A DNA stretch of 63,510 bases, the filler included, from Candidatus Rokuibacteriota bacterium (GTDB lineage Bacteria; JAUVQV01; DATDCY01), in NCBI GenBank assembly GCA_031406795.1. It is 7 parts of 7 records of this genome, joined end to end, with 100 filler letters (N's around TTAATTAATTAA, not from the genome) between each part and the next. Parts side by side here need not be neighbours in the genome. Positions count along the whole stretch, not along the records: positions 15,731 to 31,310 come from JANOHV010000054.1; positions 31,411 to 45,550 come from JANOHV010000061.1; 5 more parts are not named here. The stretch is one strand, 5' to 3'. Positions 28,160-38,833 of this stretch are shown here, piece by piece. Made by a program: the position numbers and the translations under genes. The notes beneath the pieces were generated by a model. It made no database searches and was not told the DNA's origin. It worked only from the letters and a program-made list of their open reading frames with translations. Position 1 is the stretch's first letter. Every line of letters begins with the position of its first letter.

Positions 28160-28723
28160 ATGACAGTTCGTCGTCTACTCGTTGTCGTTGCTCTCGCGGC
28201 GCTCTTGCTGTCCCTCTTCGGCGCGGAAACAGTCCCGGCGCAGGACGCCCCCCCAGAGGACGCACTGCTGGCCGAGAAGTGCGGTCTCTGCCATTCGGGC
28301 CATCGGATCTACATCCTTGAACCGGCAAAGCTCAAAGAAACCATCGAGCGCATGCGGAGCAAAAACCCGGACTGGATCAGCACCATCCAGAGCGAACATA
28401 TCGCCAGGGTCGTCGCGAAGATCGCGAATGACCCGAACGTCATCGCCATCCGCCTTGCCTGGACGGAGTCCGTTGGGCGCGGTACAGCCCTTTTCAATGA
28501 CCAGACCCTCGGGAAGAAGGGCGTCAGCTGCTCGAGTTGCCACAAGAAGCCCGAGGCCTTCCGGCAGATCGAGGACACCTACCCGCGCTGGAACGCGAAG
28601 CTCAAGCGATTCGTGGGGCTCGACGAGACAATCTTGACGATGATGCGTGAGAAGGTCGGCGCGGACGTGGCCGCCACGGACCAGCGACTCATGGACCTGC
28701 TCATCTACCTCAAGAGTCGCTGA
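28160..28723 (+). CDS. Periplasmic diheme c-type cytochrome; second domain SoxA-like
   Basis: Signal peptide; CGLCH and CSSCH; YPRW...LDETI...LLIYLKS; GGAGG RBS. Confidence 0.85.
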   Translation: MTVRRLLVVVALAALLLSLFGAETVPAQDAPPEDALLAEKCGLCHSGHRIYILEPAKLKETIERMRSKNPDWISTIQSEHIARVVAKIANDPNVIAIRLAWTESVGRGTALFNDQTLGKKGVSCSSCHKKPEAFRQIEDTYPRWNAKLKRFVGLDETILTMMREKVGADVAATDQRLMDLLIYLKSR

Positions 28724-28849
28724 AGCTCCCGCGGCGCGGATTCTCTCGGGGCTCTCCGAGCCCCGCTTCAGGCAATTGTTGCCGCACCACCCGCCCGCCT
28801 CCCGTTCGTTGTCCCCCACGCTCGCCGTCGCCGCCGGGATGGTGCCCCG

Positions 28850-29040
28850 AGGCACCCGGGTTCCTACCGCGGTGAGCTGCGCGATGACCCGCGGGTCCTC
28901 GGTGTTGAAGGGATCGAGATCGATGACTTTCCGGTAGTGCATCAGCGCTTCGTCGAATTTTCCGTCCTTGATCAGCTGTTCGGCTATCTGCAGGTGGACC
29001 CGGATGAGCTGCCGGGGGTTGCGCCGATACCCCTCCCGGG
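28850..29040 (-). pseudogene. Start-less TPR gene remnant
   Basis: LQIAEQLIKDGKFDEALMHYRKVIDLDPFN, with no start codon between it and the upstream in-frame stop. Confidence 0.5.
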
Positions 29041-29042
29041 CG

Positions 29043-30068
29043 TCAGCCCGCGAGGACCCGCTCGAGTTGTTCGCGCTCCTCCGGCGAGCCCATGAAAATC
29101 AGCGTTTCGCCGGCCTGCATCACGTGGTCGCGCGGCGGATTGTAGGTCCAGCCCTGCCCGGTGCGCACGGCGAGCAGCAGCAGCTTCCGGAAGTGCTGCA
29201 GATCGAGGGCGGCGAGCGTGCAGCCGACCATCGAGGCCGGCACCGCCAGTTCCTCGATCCGCAGCGCCAGATCCTCGTGCCGGAGCATCACGTCGAGAAA
29301 GTTGACGACCGCGGGGCGCAGCATTTCCGAGGCCATGCGCAGGCCACCGATCCGTGTCGGCGAGACCGCCGAGTCCGCGCCGGCGCGCTGCATCTTCTCG
29401 CTGTTGCGCACCTCTTCGCAGCGCGCGACGACCCGGATCTTCGGGTTGAGCTGGCGCGCCGAGAGGCTGATCACCATGTTCTGGTTGTCGTCTCCGGTGA
29501 CCGCGAACAGGCCGTGTGCGCGGCAGATCCCGGCTTGCTCCAGAGTCTCATTGTCCGTCGCGTCGCCGATGACGAAGGCCGGACCGTCCTCGCCGCCGTG
29601 GAAGCGCTCGATCTTCTCGCGGTCCACGTCGACCACGATGTACGGGCGCTGCGTGCTCGACAGCTCGCGCGCGACGTGCGTGCCGACGCCGTCCGCCCCG
29701 CAGACGATGAAGTGGTCGTGCAGTTTCTCGATCCGCTTTTCCATTTTTCTCCTCTGGAAGGCCTCGTTGAGCTCGCCCTCCACCACGAAGGCCGTCAGGC
29801 TCATCATGATGTAGGTCATGATGCCGATGCCGGCGAACGAGAGGAACATCGTGAAGATGCGCCCGCCGGGACTGTGGGAGAGGTCGACGATCTCTCCGTA
29901 GCCGATGGTGGCGATCGTGATCACCACCATGTAGAGGCTGTCGAGCAGCGTCGTCTTCTCGCCGCCGATGTGTTTGTAGGCGGCGGTGCCGATCCCGAGC
30001 ACCAGCACCAGCAGCCCGCCGGCGATCAGCGCCTTGCGGCGTATTTTTTCGTGCAGGCTCACGGCCAT
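29043..30068 (-). CDS. Potassium channel protein (2TM pore plus RCK/TrkA-N and TrkA-C)
   Basis: Selectivity filter TIGYG; HFIVCG...GDAT RCK; YNPP TrkA-C. Confidence 0.93.
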   Translation of the reverse strand: MAVSLHEKIRRKALIAGGLLVLVLGIGTAAYKHIGGEKTTLLDSLYMVVITIATIGYGEIVDLSHSPGGRIFTMFLSFAGIGIMTYIMMSLTAFVVEGELNEAFQRRKMEKRIEKLHDHFIVCGADGVGTHVARELSSTQRPYIVVDVDREKIERFHGGEDGPAFVIGDATDNETLEQAGICRAHGLFAVTGDDNQNMVISLSARQLNPKIRVVARCEEVRNSEKMQRAGADSAVSPTRIGGLRMASEMLRPAVVNFLDVMLRHEDLALRIEELAVPASMVGCTLAALDLQHFRKLLLLAVRTGQGWTYNPPRDHVMQAGETLIFMGSPEEREQLERVLAG

Positions 30069-30094
30069 GGCGCTGCCACCCCGCGCGCCGCGGG

Positions 30095-31310
30095 TTAGCG
30101 CAGTTCCTTGAGTTTCTGCTGCAGCCCGCGGGCTTTCGCGATGTCCTTGGGCGCCTTCGGGTGCTCGGGGTTGAGCGCGAGCGTCTGCTCCCAGCTCTGG
30201 ATTGCCTCCTCGAGCTGTTGGTTGATGAAGAAGCGCACGCCGGCATTGTACGACTCCTCGGCCTTCTCCTTCATGCGCCGCTCCACCGCAGCCACGGCCG
30301 CCGGAACGTCCTTGCGGGCCGGTTCGGCCTTCCGGTAGGCCGCGAGGGCCTCCGCGAAACGTTCGTCCTTCATGGCGGCCTCGCCGGCGGCGAACCAGGC
30401 ATTGCCGGAGAGTTCCCGCGCCCGCGCGCCGACGGCGGCGTTTCCCGTGAGTCGGTCGGCCGCAGTGCCCGCTTCGTCGAATCTCTTCGCCTGGAACAAC
30501 TCCTGCGCCTTCGCGAGTTGGGCCTCGCCGGCATCGGGCGTCTTCGCCGGTTCGACCGGCGCCGCGGGTGCAACGGGAGGGGGCGTCGCGGCGGGAACGG
30601 CCGGAGCGACGGGAGCTGCAGGTGCAGCCGGCGCGGCTGGTGCGGCGGCCGGAGCAGGTTCGCTCGCCGGCAGCGGTTCGCCGCCGATGGCTGCCGGTTC
30701 GGTGTCGGACGCCGCGTCGGGATATTCCGGGGTTTCCGCGACGACTTCGGGCGCGCGCTTCACTGCGGGCTTCGCCGCCGGAGGCGCAAGACCCGGCAGC
30801 GTCAGCACCGTCCCGGCCGCCGGCTTGCCGCTCGGGTCGAGACCGTTGATGCGCGCCACGATCGGCGACTTGGCGGGATCGCCGTACTGCTTCTTCGCGA
30901 TGCTCTCGAAGGTATCCCCGGCGGCCACCGTGTAGGACGCCGCTTCCGGCTCGAGGCGGTTCTTCAGGGCGTCCAGCGAGCCGGCGTGATCGGGGTCGGC
31001 CGCGAGGCTGAGCAGGAACTCGCGTCGCGCCGCGTCCACGGCCCCCTCCTGAAGGCGCGCGTTGCCCTCGCGGAAGTGGCGGTCGGCATCCGCCTCGAGG
31101 CGCGCGGCGAGGTCGGCGACCCGGCGCTTCGGCTCCGTCGCCTCGGCGCGCAGCGCGGCGGCGACCTTCCAGGAGCCGAGCGCCTGGCGAAGCTCCCCGG
31201 CGGCCTCCTGCTTGACCGCGCGGGCGGTGAAACGGGTCGCGAGTGTCGCGAAGGGCGCGGTCCCGGCCGGCGGCGGGGCGCCGTCACCCGCGGCGCGCGG
31301 GGCGACCCTG
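30095..31310 (-). CDS. LysM plus TPR protein (5' end cut by contig end)
   Basis: YTVAAGDTFESIAKKQYG LysM; Pro/Ala linker; TPR repeats; frame open to the contig edge. Confidence 0.85.
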
Positions 31311-31410
31311 NNNNNNNNNNNNNNNNNNNNNNNNNNNNNNNNNNNNNNNNNNNNTTAATTAATTAANNNNNNNNNNNNNNNNNNNNNNNNNNNNNNNNNN
31401 NNNNNNNNNN
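31311..31410. other. Artificial contig linker
   Basis: N-run with TTAATTAATTAA. Confidence 0.99.
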
Positions 31411-32469
31411 GCCCGACCCGAGGAAGAGGAGCGCCTTGAAGAAGGCGTGCGTGAAGAGGTGGAAGATCGCGCCGACCCAGGCGCCCACGCCGAGCCCGAG
31501 GAACATGAAGCCGAGCTGGCTCACCGTGCTGTAGGCCATGATGCGCTTCAGGTCGGTCTGCGTCAGCGCGATCGCGGCGGCCATCACGGCGGTCAGCGTG
31601 CCGACCACCGCCACGACCTGCATCGCGGTCGGGGAGGCGGAGAAGAGCGCGTTGCAGCGAGCGACCATGTAGACGCCCGCCGTGACCATCGTCGCGGCGT
31701 GGATCAGCGCCGAGACCGGCGTCGGGCCTTCCATCGCGTCCGGCAGCCATGTGTGCAGCAGGAATTGCGCCGACTTGCCCATCGCTCCCATGAACAGCAG
31801 CAGGCAGATCAGCGTCACGGTCGCCTGCGGCAGCTGCGGGGCCAGCCGGAAGACTTCCTGGTAATCGACGGTCCCGGTGTTGACGATCAGCAGCAGGATG
31901 CCGAGCGCGAAGCCGAAATCGCCCACCCGGTTGACGAGGAAGGCCTTCTTCCCGGCGTCGGCCGCGGACTTCTTGTGGAACCAGAAGCCGATCAGCAGGT
32001 AGGAGCAGAGACCCACCGCTTCCCAGAAGACGTAGAGCAGGAGGAAGTTGCCCGAGAGCACGAGCATCAGCATCGAGAACGTGAAGAGCGACAGATAGGC
32101 GAAGAAGCGCGGGTAGCCGCCGTCGCCGTGCATGTAGCCGACCGAGTAGAGGTGGACCAGGAAGCTGACCCCGGTGACCACGACGAGCATGACCGCGGTC
32201 AGCGGGTCGGCCGAGAGCTTGAGCGGCACATCGAAGCTCAAGCCGCCGGGGACCGCGACCTTGATCCACGTGAACAGCGTGACCTGCCAGGAGGTGTGCT
32301 CGACGGCGTGCCGGAGCACCAGCAGCGCGCACGAGAACGAGAGCCCGACGGCGGCCAGCGCCGGCCAGTGCGCCGCGTCCTTCGTCAGCCGCCGCCCGAG
32401 CAGGCCGTTGACGAGGAAAGCCGCAAGCGGGAAGGCCGGGATCAGCCAGAGCAACTGGTCAGCGAGCAT
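31411..32469 (-). CDS. nuoL: NADH-quinone oxidoreductase subunit L (3' end cut)
   Basis: WLPDAMEGPTPVSALIHAATMVTAG, AYSTVSQLG, THAFFKA. Confidence 0.96.
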
Positions 32470-32478
32470 CGTCTCCCC

Positions 32479-32781
32479 TTATCCCTTCAGCAGCGTGGCG
32501 CTGTCCGCGTCGAGCCGGCCGCTGTGGCGGTGCCAGGCCAGGATGATCGCGAGCGCCACCCCGAGCTCGGCCGCCTCGACGCCGATCACGAAGAGCGCCA
32601 GCACCAACCCGGTGTAGTGCGCGTGCAGGTTGGAGAAAGCCACGAGGTTCAGGTTCACCGCGTTGACCATCAGCTCGACCGACATCAGCATCACGACGAT
32701 GTTGCGGCGCACGAGCACCCCGACCAGCCCGATCGAGAAGAGCACCGCCCCGAGGGCCAGATACCAGCTCACCGCAACCAT
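32479..32781 (-). CDS. nuoK: NADH-quinone oxidoreductase subunit K
   Basis: [21 protein letters not shown]. Confidence 0.95.
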   Translation of the reverse strand: MVAVSWYLALGAVLFSIGLVGVLVRRNIVVMLMSVELMVNAVNLNLVAFSNLHAHYTGLVLALFVIGVEAAELGVALAIILAWHRHSGRLDADSATLLKG

Positions 32782-33279
32782 CTACTTCCTCCTCCCGATC
32801 ACGATCAGGCCGAAGAGGGCCGCCAGCAGGATCACCGAGAGGATCTCGAAGGGCAGCAGATAATCGCGGAACAGCACCTTGCCGAGCACCTGAACGTGCC
32901 CCTCCCCCGGGGCCAGCCCGCTGCTCGGGACCGCCAGCCAGTTGCTCGAACGGGAGAAGACCGCCAGCAGCTGGGCCAGGACCGCAACCCCGACCAGCGC
33001 GGCGCCGAAGGCCCGCGGCCCGCTCCAGTCTTTGGCCTCCTCGCCGCGCAGATTGGCGAGCATGACGACGAAGACGAAGAGCACGACGATCGAACCAGCG
33101 TAAAGCATGATCTGGACCGCCCCGAGGAACTCGGCCCCCTGCAGAATGAACAGCCCGGCCACCGCGAGGAAGCACAGCACGAGCGCCAGGGCGCTGGCGA
33201 CCACCCGCCGGGCGGCCACCACGATGACCGCGCTTGCCACCGCGACGAGCGCCAGCAGAGCGAATACGAACTGACCCAT
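32782..33279 (-). CDS. nuoJ: NADH-quinone oxidoreductase subunit J
   Basis: AEFLGAVQIMLYAGSIVVLF, YLLPFEI. Confidence 0.95.
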   Translation of the reverse strand: MGQFVFALLALVAVASAVIVVAARRVVASALALVLCFLAVAGLFILQGAEFLGAVQIMLYAGSIVVLFVFVVMLANLRGEEAKDWSGPRAFGAALVGVAVLAQLLAVFSRSSNWLAVPSSGLAPGEGHVQVLGKVLFRDYLLPFEILSVILLAALFGLIVIGRRK

Positions 33280-33283
33280 GATG

Positions 33284-33691
33284 CTAGAGACCCTCCCCGT
33301 GGCGCAGCAGGTCTTCTTTGTGCAGGATCGTTTCCGCCCGCACGACGTAGGAGGCTTCGTAGCGACCCGAGAGCACGATCGCCTCCTCGGGGCAGACCTC
33401 GGCGCACAGGCCGCAGAAGAGGCAGTGTCCGAGGTCGACGTCGTAGATGTCGATGACTTTGCGCTCCTCGCCGGAGGTCACGAGCCGGATGCACTGGGTC
33501 GGGCAGATCTTCGCGCACAGGCAGCAGGAGATGCAGCGCTCCTCGCCGCTCTCGGTGTAGCGGCGCAGCGCGTGCAGCCCGCGGAAGCGCGCGGAGGGCT
33601 CCCGCCGCTCCTCCGGGTACTGGATGGTGATCGGCTTGCGGAAGACGTGCCGCAGTGTCGTCAGGAATCCCGTCAGCAATGCGCCGATCAC
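33284..33691 (-). CDS. nuoI: NADH-quinone oxidoreductase subunit I
   Basis: TIQYPE, RFRG, CISCCLCAKICP, CLFCGLCAEVCP. Confidence 0.95.
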   Translation of the reverse strand: MIGALLTGFLTTLRHVFRKPITIQYPEERREPSARFRGLHALRRYTESGEERCISCCLCAKICPTQCIRLVTSGEERKVIDIYDVDLGHCLFCGLCAEVCPEEAIVLSGRYEASYVVRAETILHKEDLLRHGEGL

Positions 33692-34668
33692 CCGTGCGCC
33701 CTCCAGGCCGTGACGGCCGCCGCCCAGAGCAGGTTCAGCAGGGAGAGCGGCAGCAGGACTTTCCAGCCGAAGGCCATGAGCTGGTCGTAGCGCAGGCGCG
33801 GCAGCGTGCCGCGCAGCCAGTAGAACATCAGGATGAAGAGCGAACTCTTGGCGAAGAACCAGACCAGCGAGAGCCAGACCACGCTCTGCGTCCCCGGTCC
33901 CTGCCAGCCGCCGAGGAAGAGCGTCGTCGCCAGCGCCGAGATGGTCCAGACGGAGGCGTACTCGCCGAGCTGGAAGAGCCCGAAGCCCATCGCGGAGTAC
34001 TCCGTGTGGTAGCCGGCGCCCAGTTCGCCCTCGGCCTCGGGCAGGTCGAAGGGGATGCGGTTGGTCTCGGCGATGCCGGCGATCAGGAAGACCAGGAAGC
34101 CCAGGGGCTGCAGCAGGAAGAACGGAACGGAGCGCTGGGCGTCCACAATCTCGACCAGGCTCATCGAGCCGGCCATCAGCACGACGCCGACCAGCGAGAG
34201 CCCGAGCGAGAGCTCGTAGGCGATCATCTGGGAGGCCGAGCGCAAGGCGCCGAGCAGCGAGTACTTGCTGTTCGAGGCCCAGCCGCCGAAGATGATGCCG
34301 TACACCGACAGCGAGGAGATCGCCAGCAGCATCAGCAGCCCGGCGTTGACGTCGGTGATGACCAGCCCCCGGCCGAAGGGGATCAGCGCGTAGACCGTCA
34401 CCGCGGGCACCATGGTGAACAACGGCGCGGCGACGAAGAGCCAGCGGTCGGCGGCGGCCGGCACGACGTACTCCTTGGTGATCAGCTTGATCGCATCGGC
34501 GACCCACTGCAGCATGCCGAAGGGGCCGGCGCGGTTCGGGCCGTAGCGGATCTGCAGCCGGCCGAGGACCTTGCGCTCGGCCCACGTCGAGAAGCCGACG
34601 ACGACGGGCAGCGCCAGCAGGACCAGCAGTATCTTCAGGACCGTCAGCAGCAGCGTTATTGCGTCCAC
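33688..34668 (-). CDS. nuoH: NADH-quinone oxidoreductase subunit H
   Basis: ERKV...RYGPNRAGP, ETNRIPFDLPEAE, PRLRYDQL. Confidence 0.96.
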   Translation of the reverse strand: MDAITLLLTVLKILLVLLALPVVVGFSTWAERKVLGRLQIRYGPNRAGPFGMLQWVADAIKLITKEYVVPAAADRWLFVAAPLFTMVPAVTVYALIPFGRGLVITDVNAGLLMLLAISSLSVYGIIFGGWASNSKYSLLGALRSASQMIAYELSLGLSLVGVVLMAGSMSLVEIVDAQRSVPFFLLQPLGFLVFLIAGIAETNRIPFDLPEAEGELGAGYHTEYSAMGFGLFQLGEYASVWTISALATTLFLGGWQGPGTQSVVWLSLVWFFAKSSLFILMFYWLRGTLPRLRYDQLMAFGWKVLLPLSLLNLLWAAAVTAWRAHG

Positions 34669-34675
34669 GGCGGCG

Positions 34676-37054
34676 CTACTCCCGGGCCGGCGCGGGCGCG
34701 ATGCCCGTCAGATTGACGCACGAGAGCGGCCAGCCCTCGGGACGGACGGCCGCGCGTACGAAGGCCGCCAGTTCGGGATTTCCCGGATCGAGCGGCAGGA
34801 AGAGCTGTCCGGGAGGGGTGCGCCAGTCGGCTCGCACCGGCACGGTCACCTCGGCGGGGCCGGAGCTCAGGCGCACCGCGCCGCCGTCGGCAAGCCCCAG
34901 CGCCGCGAGCGAGTCGGGGTGCACTTCGAGGGCCGGTGCGAGGAAGATGCGGTCGGCTTCGGGCACGAGACGCACGCGATTGTCGCTCAGCGGCGACCAG
35001 CGCAGCTGAAGACAGCGCGCCTGCCCGGCCGGCGTCGGGGGAACCGGCACCGCGGGACGCTCCGGCGGCGACCAGCGCTTCTGGCGCACCAGCGAGGGGG
35101 GGGCGAAGGTGACCTGCCGCTCCAGACCGGCGGCGAGCGCGGCCAGGGTGCGGCGCAACGTCGGCACGGCGGGCGGCGGCGCCAGCGCGGCCCGGAGCTG
35201 CTGGGCGACGCCGTTGCCGGCGAGGAACGTCCCCTCCTTTTCCGCGAACACGCGCAGCGGCAGCACGAGGTGGGCGGCGCGCGCGGTGGGCGTCAAGGTC
35301 GACTCGATGACCACGAGGAATTTCGCCTTGCGCGTCCAGGTCTCGAAGACCGAACCGGGAATCGCCGTGCCGAGCGGATCGGCGGCGACCACGAGCAGCA
35401 CCTCGGGCTCGCCGTCGATCTCCGGCTCGGCGGCAGCAACCAGTTCCGCGGTGCCGCGGCTGTTGCAGTCGGTCCGCAGGAACATGATCCCCCTGGCCTC
35501 GGAGCCGCCGAGCAGCCGGTCGATCTCGACGAGCAGGCGGGGCACCTGCCCGCTCGGGTCGAACCAGCCGCGGTTGGCGACGAAGATCGGGTTCTTCGCC
35601 CCGGCGATCTCCCCCGCCAGCCGGCGCAGCGAACCGGCCGCCAGGCCAGCGGCGGCTTCGACGTCATCCGGGGCGGCGCCCGCGAAGACCGTCTCCAGGG
35701 CGCCATCCGGACGCGCGGCCAGCCGCTCGGGGTGCTCCGCGACGAGCAGCGCTCCCAGGGCGGCCAGCACCGCGGGCAGATGCGCTCCCGCCGGCCGCAG
35801 CCAGAGATCGGCTTCCCCGCCGAGCAGCGTGTCACGCGCGTCGAGCACGGCGAGACGCCCCCCGCTCGCGCGGCGCGCCGTCCGGATGCGGACCCCAGCC
35901 ACGGGGGAGAACAGCGTCAGGTCCTGCCCGACGGAGACGACCAGGTCGGCCTGATCCAGATCCCCCCAGGGGCGCGCGCCGATGCCGAGGGGGATGTCCG
36001 CCGCGTTGAGGCCCATCGTGCAGACCGCGCGCACATCGCTCCGCGGGAAGAGCTGGGCCATGGTGTCCACGAAGTCCGCCGTCTCCTCCTGGGTCAGCCG
36101 CGGGGAGAGCAGCGCCATGACCGCGGTCTCCGGCCGCACCTGCTCGACCAGCGCGGCGATCGCGGTCGCCTGGTCGACGGGCACCAGCGCGCCGTCGCGG
36201 CGCAGCAGCGGACGCGTCACGCGCTCGGCGCTGTTCACGTAGTCGACGGCGAAACGCCCCCGGAAACAGACCTGGTCGAGATTGTTCACGCCGGCGCGCG
36301 GACGGGACTGCACCAGTTCGTTCTCCTTGACCTGCAGCGAGAGCAGGCAGCCGACGCTGCAGAACGGGCAGACGGTTGGCACCTGAACGCCTTCCCAGCT
36401 GCGCGCCCGGAACTTGTGCTGGCGGCTGTTGAGCGCCCCGACGGGACAGATGTCGATGCAGGCGCCGCAGAACTCGCAGTTGAAGGGATCGCGGAAATCC
36501 CGGTCCAGCGGCTGGGCGAAGTAGGTGCCGATCTCCTTGAGGTACCCGCGGTGCATCGCGCCGAGCACGGTCACGCCGCGCACCTCGTGGCAGACGCGCA
36601 CGCAGCGGCGGCAGAGCACGCACTTGCGCGAGTCCCGTTCGACGAAGGGACTGACGTGGACCGGCGGGTAGGCCCCCGGGTTCTCCGGGAACCGGTTGAC
36701 CGGCGCCGACCACTTGTAGGCCAGGGCCTGCAGCTCGCAGGCACCGCCCTTGACGCAGGTCGGGCAGTCCATCGGGTGCTTGCAGAGCAGCAGTTCGAGC
36801 ATCGTCTGACGGATCTTGCGCAGCGCGGGCGTGTCGGTCAGGATCTCCATCCGGTCGGCGACGCGGGTCGTGCAGGCGGCGAGCAGCCGGTTCATGCCGA
36901 CGACCTCGATCATGCACAGGCGGCAAGCGCCGAGCACGCTGACCCGCGGGTGCCAGCAGAGCGTCGGGATGTCGACGCCGGCGAGGCGGGCGGCCTCGAG
37001 GATCGACATCGGGTTCTCGAGCGTCAGGGGGCGACCGTCAATGGTGATTTCCAT
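34676..37054 (-). CDS. nuoG: NADH-quinone oxidoreductase subunit G
   Basis: IPTLC...GACRLC, HPMDCPTC..GGACELQ, CVLCRRC, CEFCGACIDICP, CPFCSVGC; molybdopterin-like C-terminus. Confidence 0.9.
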   Translation of the reverse strand: MEITIDGRPLTLENPMSILEAARLAGVDIPTLCWHPRVSVLGACRLCMIEVVGMNRLLAACTTRVADRMEILTDTPALRKIRQTMLELLLCKHPMDCPTCVKGGACELQALAYKWSAPVNRFPENPGAYPPVHVSPFVERDSRKCVLCRRCVRVCHEVRGVTVLGAMHRGYLKEIGTYFAQPLDRDFRDPFNCEFCGACIDICPVGALNSRQHKFRARSWEGVQVPTVCPFCSVGCLLSLQVKENELVQSRPRAGVNNLDQVCFRGRFAVDYVNSAERVTRPLLRRDGALVPVDQATAIAALVEQVRPETAVMALLSPRLTQEETADFVDTMAQLFPRSDVRAVCTMGLNAADIPLGIGARPWGDLDQADLVVSVGQDLTLFSPVAGVRIRTARRASGGRLAVLDARDTLLGGEADLWLRPAGAHLPAVLAALGALLVAEHPERLAARPDGALETVFAGAAPDDVEAAAGLAAGSLRRLAGEIAGAKNPIFVANRGWFDPSGQVPRLLVEIDRLLGGSEARGIMFLRTDCNSRGTAELVAAAEPEIDGEPEVLLVVAADPLGTAIPGSVFETWTRKAKFLVVIESTLTPTARAAHLVLPLRVFAEKEGTFLAGNGVAQQLRAALAPPPAVPTLRRTLAALAAGLERQVTFAPPSLVRQKRWSPPERPAVPVPPTPAGQARCLQLRWSPLSDNRVRLVPEADRIFLAPALEVHPDSLAALGLADGGAVRLSSGPAEVTVPVRADWRTPPGQLFLPLDPGNPELAAFVRAAVRPEGWPLSCVNLTGIAPAPARE

Positions 37055-38339
37055 ACGGATTCTCCCCCCCGCCCAGCATCGAGCAGGGCTTGCCGGCACA
37101 GTGATCCTCGAATTCGGAGCGGAAGTGCCTGATGCAGCTGAGCACGGGATTCGGCGCCGCCTGGCCGAGCCCGCAGAATGCCGCCTTCTGCATCACCGAC
37201 GCGAGGTCGACGATGTCGTCGATCTCGCAGGCCACCCCTTCGCCGCGCTTCATGCGTTCGAGCAGGCGCACGATCTGGTAGGTCCCGTCGCGGCACGGGA
37301 TGCACTTGCCGCACGACTCGTGGCGGAAGAAGCGCGCCAGCCGCAGGGCGACCTCCACCATGCAGACCCCCTCGGCGACCACCATGAACGCCGCCGAGCC
37401 GAGCATCGAGCCGGCCTGGGCGACGTGGTGGAAGTCCAGCGGCAGATCCATGTGCTCGGCCGTGAGGCAGCTCGACGAGGCGCCGCCCGGGAACACCGCC
37501 TTGAAGGCCCGGCCGTCGAGGATGCCGCCGGCGTAGTCGTTGATCAGCGAGCGCAGCGTGACGCCGAAGGGGATTTCGTACACCCCGGGCTTGTTGACGT
37601 GGCCGGAAATGCAGTAGCCCTTGGTGCCGCTGTTCTTCTCGGTGCCGAGGGCGGCGTAGGGGGCCGCACCCCCGAGGATGATCCCCGGAACGTTGGCGAA
37701 AGTCTCGACGTTGTTGAGCGCCGTCGGGCGCGCCCAGAGACCCGCGTTCACCGGGAACGGCGGGCGGATGCGCGGCATCCCGGGCTTGCCCTCGAGCGCC
37801 TCGAGCAGGGAGGTCTCCTCGCCGCAGATGTAGGCTCCCGCGGTCCGGTAGACCCAGAGTTTGAACGAGAACCCGGTGCCGAGGATGTTCTCGCCGAGCA
37901 GCCCCGCCGCCTCGGCCTCGGCGATCGCCTGGCGCAGGATGCGCTGCGGCTCCATGAATTCGCCGCGGCAGACGATGACCCCCTCGTGCGCGCCGACCGC
38001 GAAGGCGCCGATCAGCATCCCCTCGATCAGCCGGTGAGGAATGCGGGTCAGGATCGGCAGGTCCTTGAACGTCCCCGGCTCGCCCTCCTCGGCGTTGGCC
38101 ACGACGAACTTGGGGGTCAGCGGCTCTCGCGCGACCAGCTCCCACTTCAGCCCGGTCGGGAAGCCCGCGCCGCCGCGGCCGACCAGCCGGGCGGCCTTGA
38201 CCACTTCGACGACCTCGGGGGGCGTCATTGTCCGGAGCACCTTCTCGAGAGCCTGGTAGCCGCCCGCGGCGCGGTAGACCTCGAGCCGCTCGATCCCCGG
38301 CGTCTCGAGGTCGCGATAGATGTAACGCGGCGCGCTCAT
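37038..38339 (-). CDS. nuoF: NADH-quinone oxidoreductase subunit F
   Basis: GRGGAGFPTGLKW, GAYICGEETS, ESCGKCIPCRDG. Confidence 0.96.
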   Translation of the reverse strand: MSAPRYIYRDLETPGIERLEVYRAAGGYQALEKVLRTMTPPEVVEVVKAARLVGRGGAGFPTGLKWELVAREPLTPKFVVANAEEGEPGTFKDLPILTRIPHRLIEGMLIGAFAVGAHEGVIVCRGEFMEPQRILRQAIAEAEAAGLLGENILGTGFSFKLWVYRTAGAYICGEETSLLEALEGKPGMPRIRPPFPVNAGLWARPTALNNVETFANVPGIILGGAAPYAALGTEKNSGTKGYCISGHVNKPGVYEIPFGVTLRSLINDYAGGILDGRAFKAVFPGGASSSCLTAEHMDLPLDFHHVAQAGSMLGSAAFMVVAEGVCMVEVALRLARFFRHESCGKCIPCRDGTYQIVRLLERMKRGEGVACEIDDIVDLASVMQKAAFCGLGQAAPNPVLSCIRHFRSEFEDHCAGKPCSMLGGGENPYGNHH

Positions 38340-38833
38340 CGACGGTACTCCGCCAGGATCCCCGGAATGTCGGCGGGGGAGACCGGTCCCATCAGCTTGT
38401 CGTTGATCTGGATGGCCGGCGCCCGCTCGCACGCCGCGAGGCACTCGACGGGACGCAGCGTGAACTTCCCGTCGGGCGTGGTCTCCCCGGGCTTGATGCC
38501 CAGCTCGCGGGCGATCGCCATGACCACCTCGTCGGAGCCGCGCAGGAAGCAGCAGAGGTTCTGGCAGACCATGATGATGTTGCGCCCGACCGGTTTGGTC
38601 GAATACAGCGAGTAAAAGGTCGTGACCTCGTAGATCACCGACTTGGGCATCTCCATGATGTCGGCGAACTCGGTGAGCACGGCTTCGTTGAGGTGGTTGC
38701 ACTCGGCCTGCACCAGGTAGAGCGCGGTCAGCAGCGCGGCCGGCTTGGAGGGGTACTCGGCGAGCAGCCGCAGCAGCCGCTCCCGGGTCGCCGGCGAGAT
38801 GGTGTTCGAGGGCGCGGCGAGCGGGTACGTCAC
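38336..38833 (-). CDS. nuoE: NADH-quinone oxidoreductase subunit E
   Basis: VTTFYS, VCQNLCC, ECLAAC. Confidence 0.95.
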   Translation of the reverse strand: MTYPLAAPSNTISPATRERLLRLLAEYPSKPAALLTALYLVQAECNHLNEAVLTEFADIMEMPKSVIYEVTTFYSLYSTKPVGRNIIMVCQNLCCFLRGSDEVVMAIARELGIKPGETTPDGKFTLRPVECLAACERAPAIQINDKLMGPVSPADIPGILAEYRR

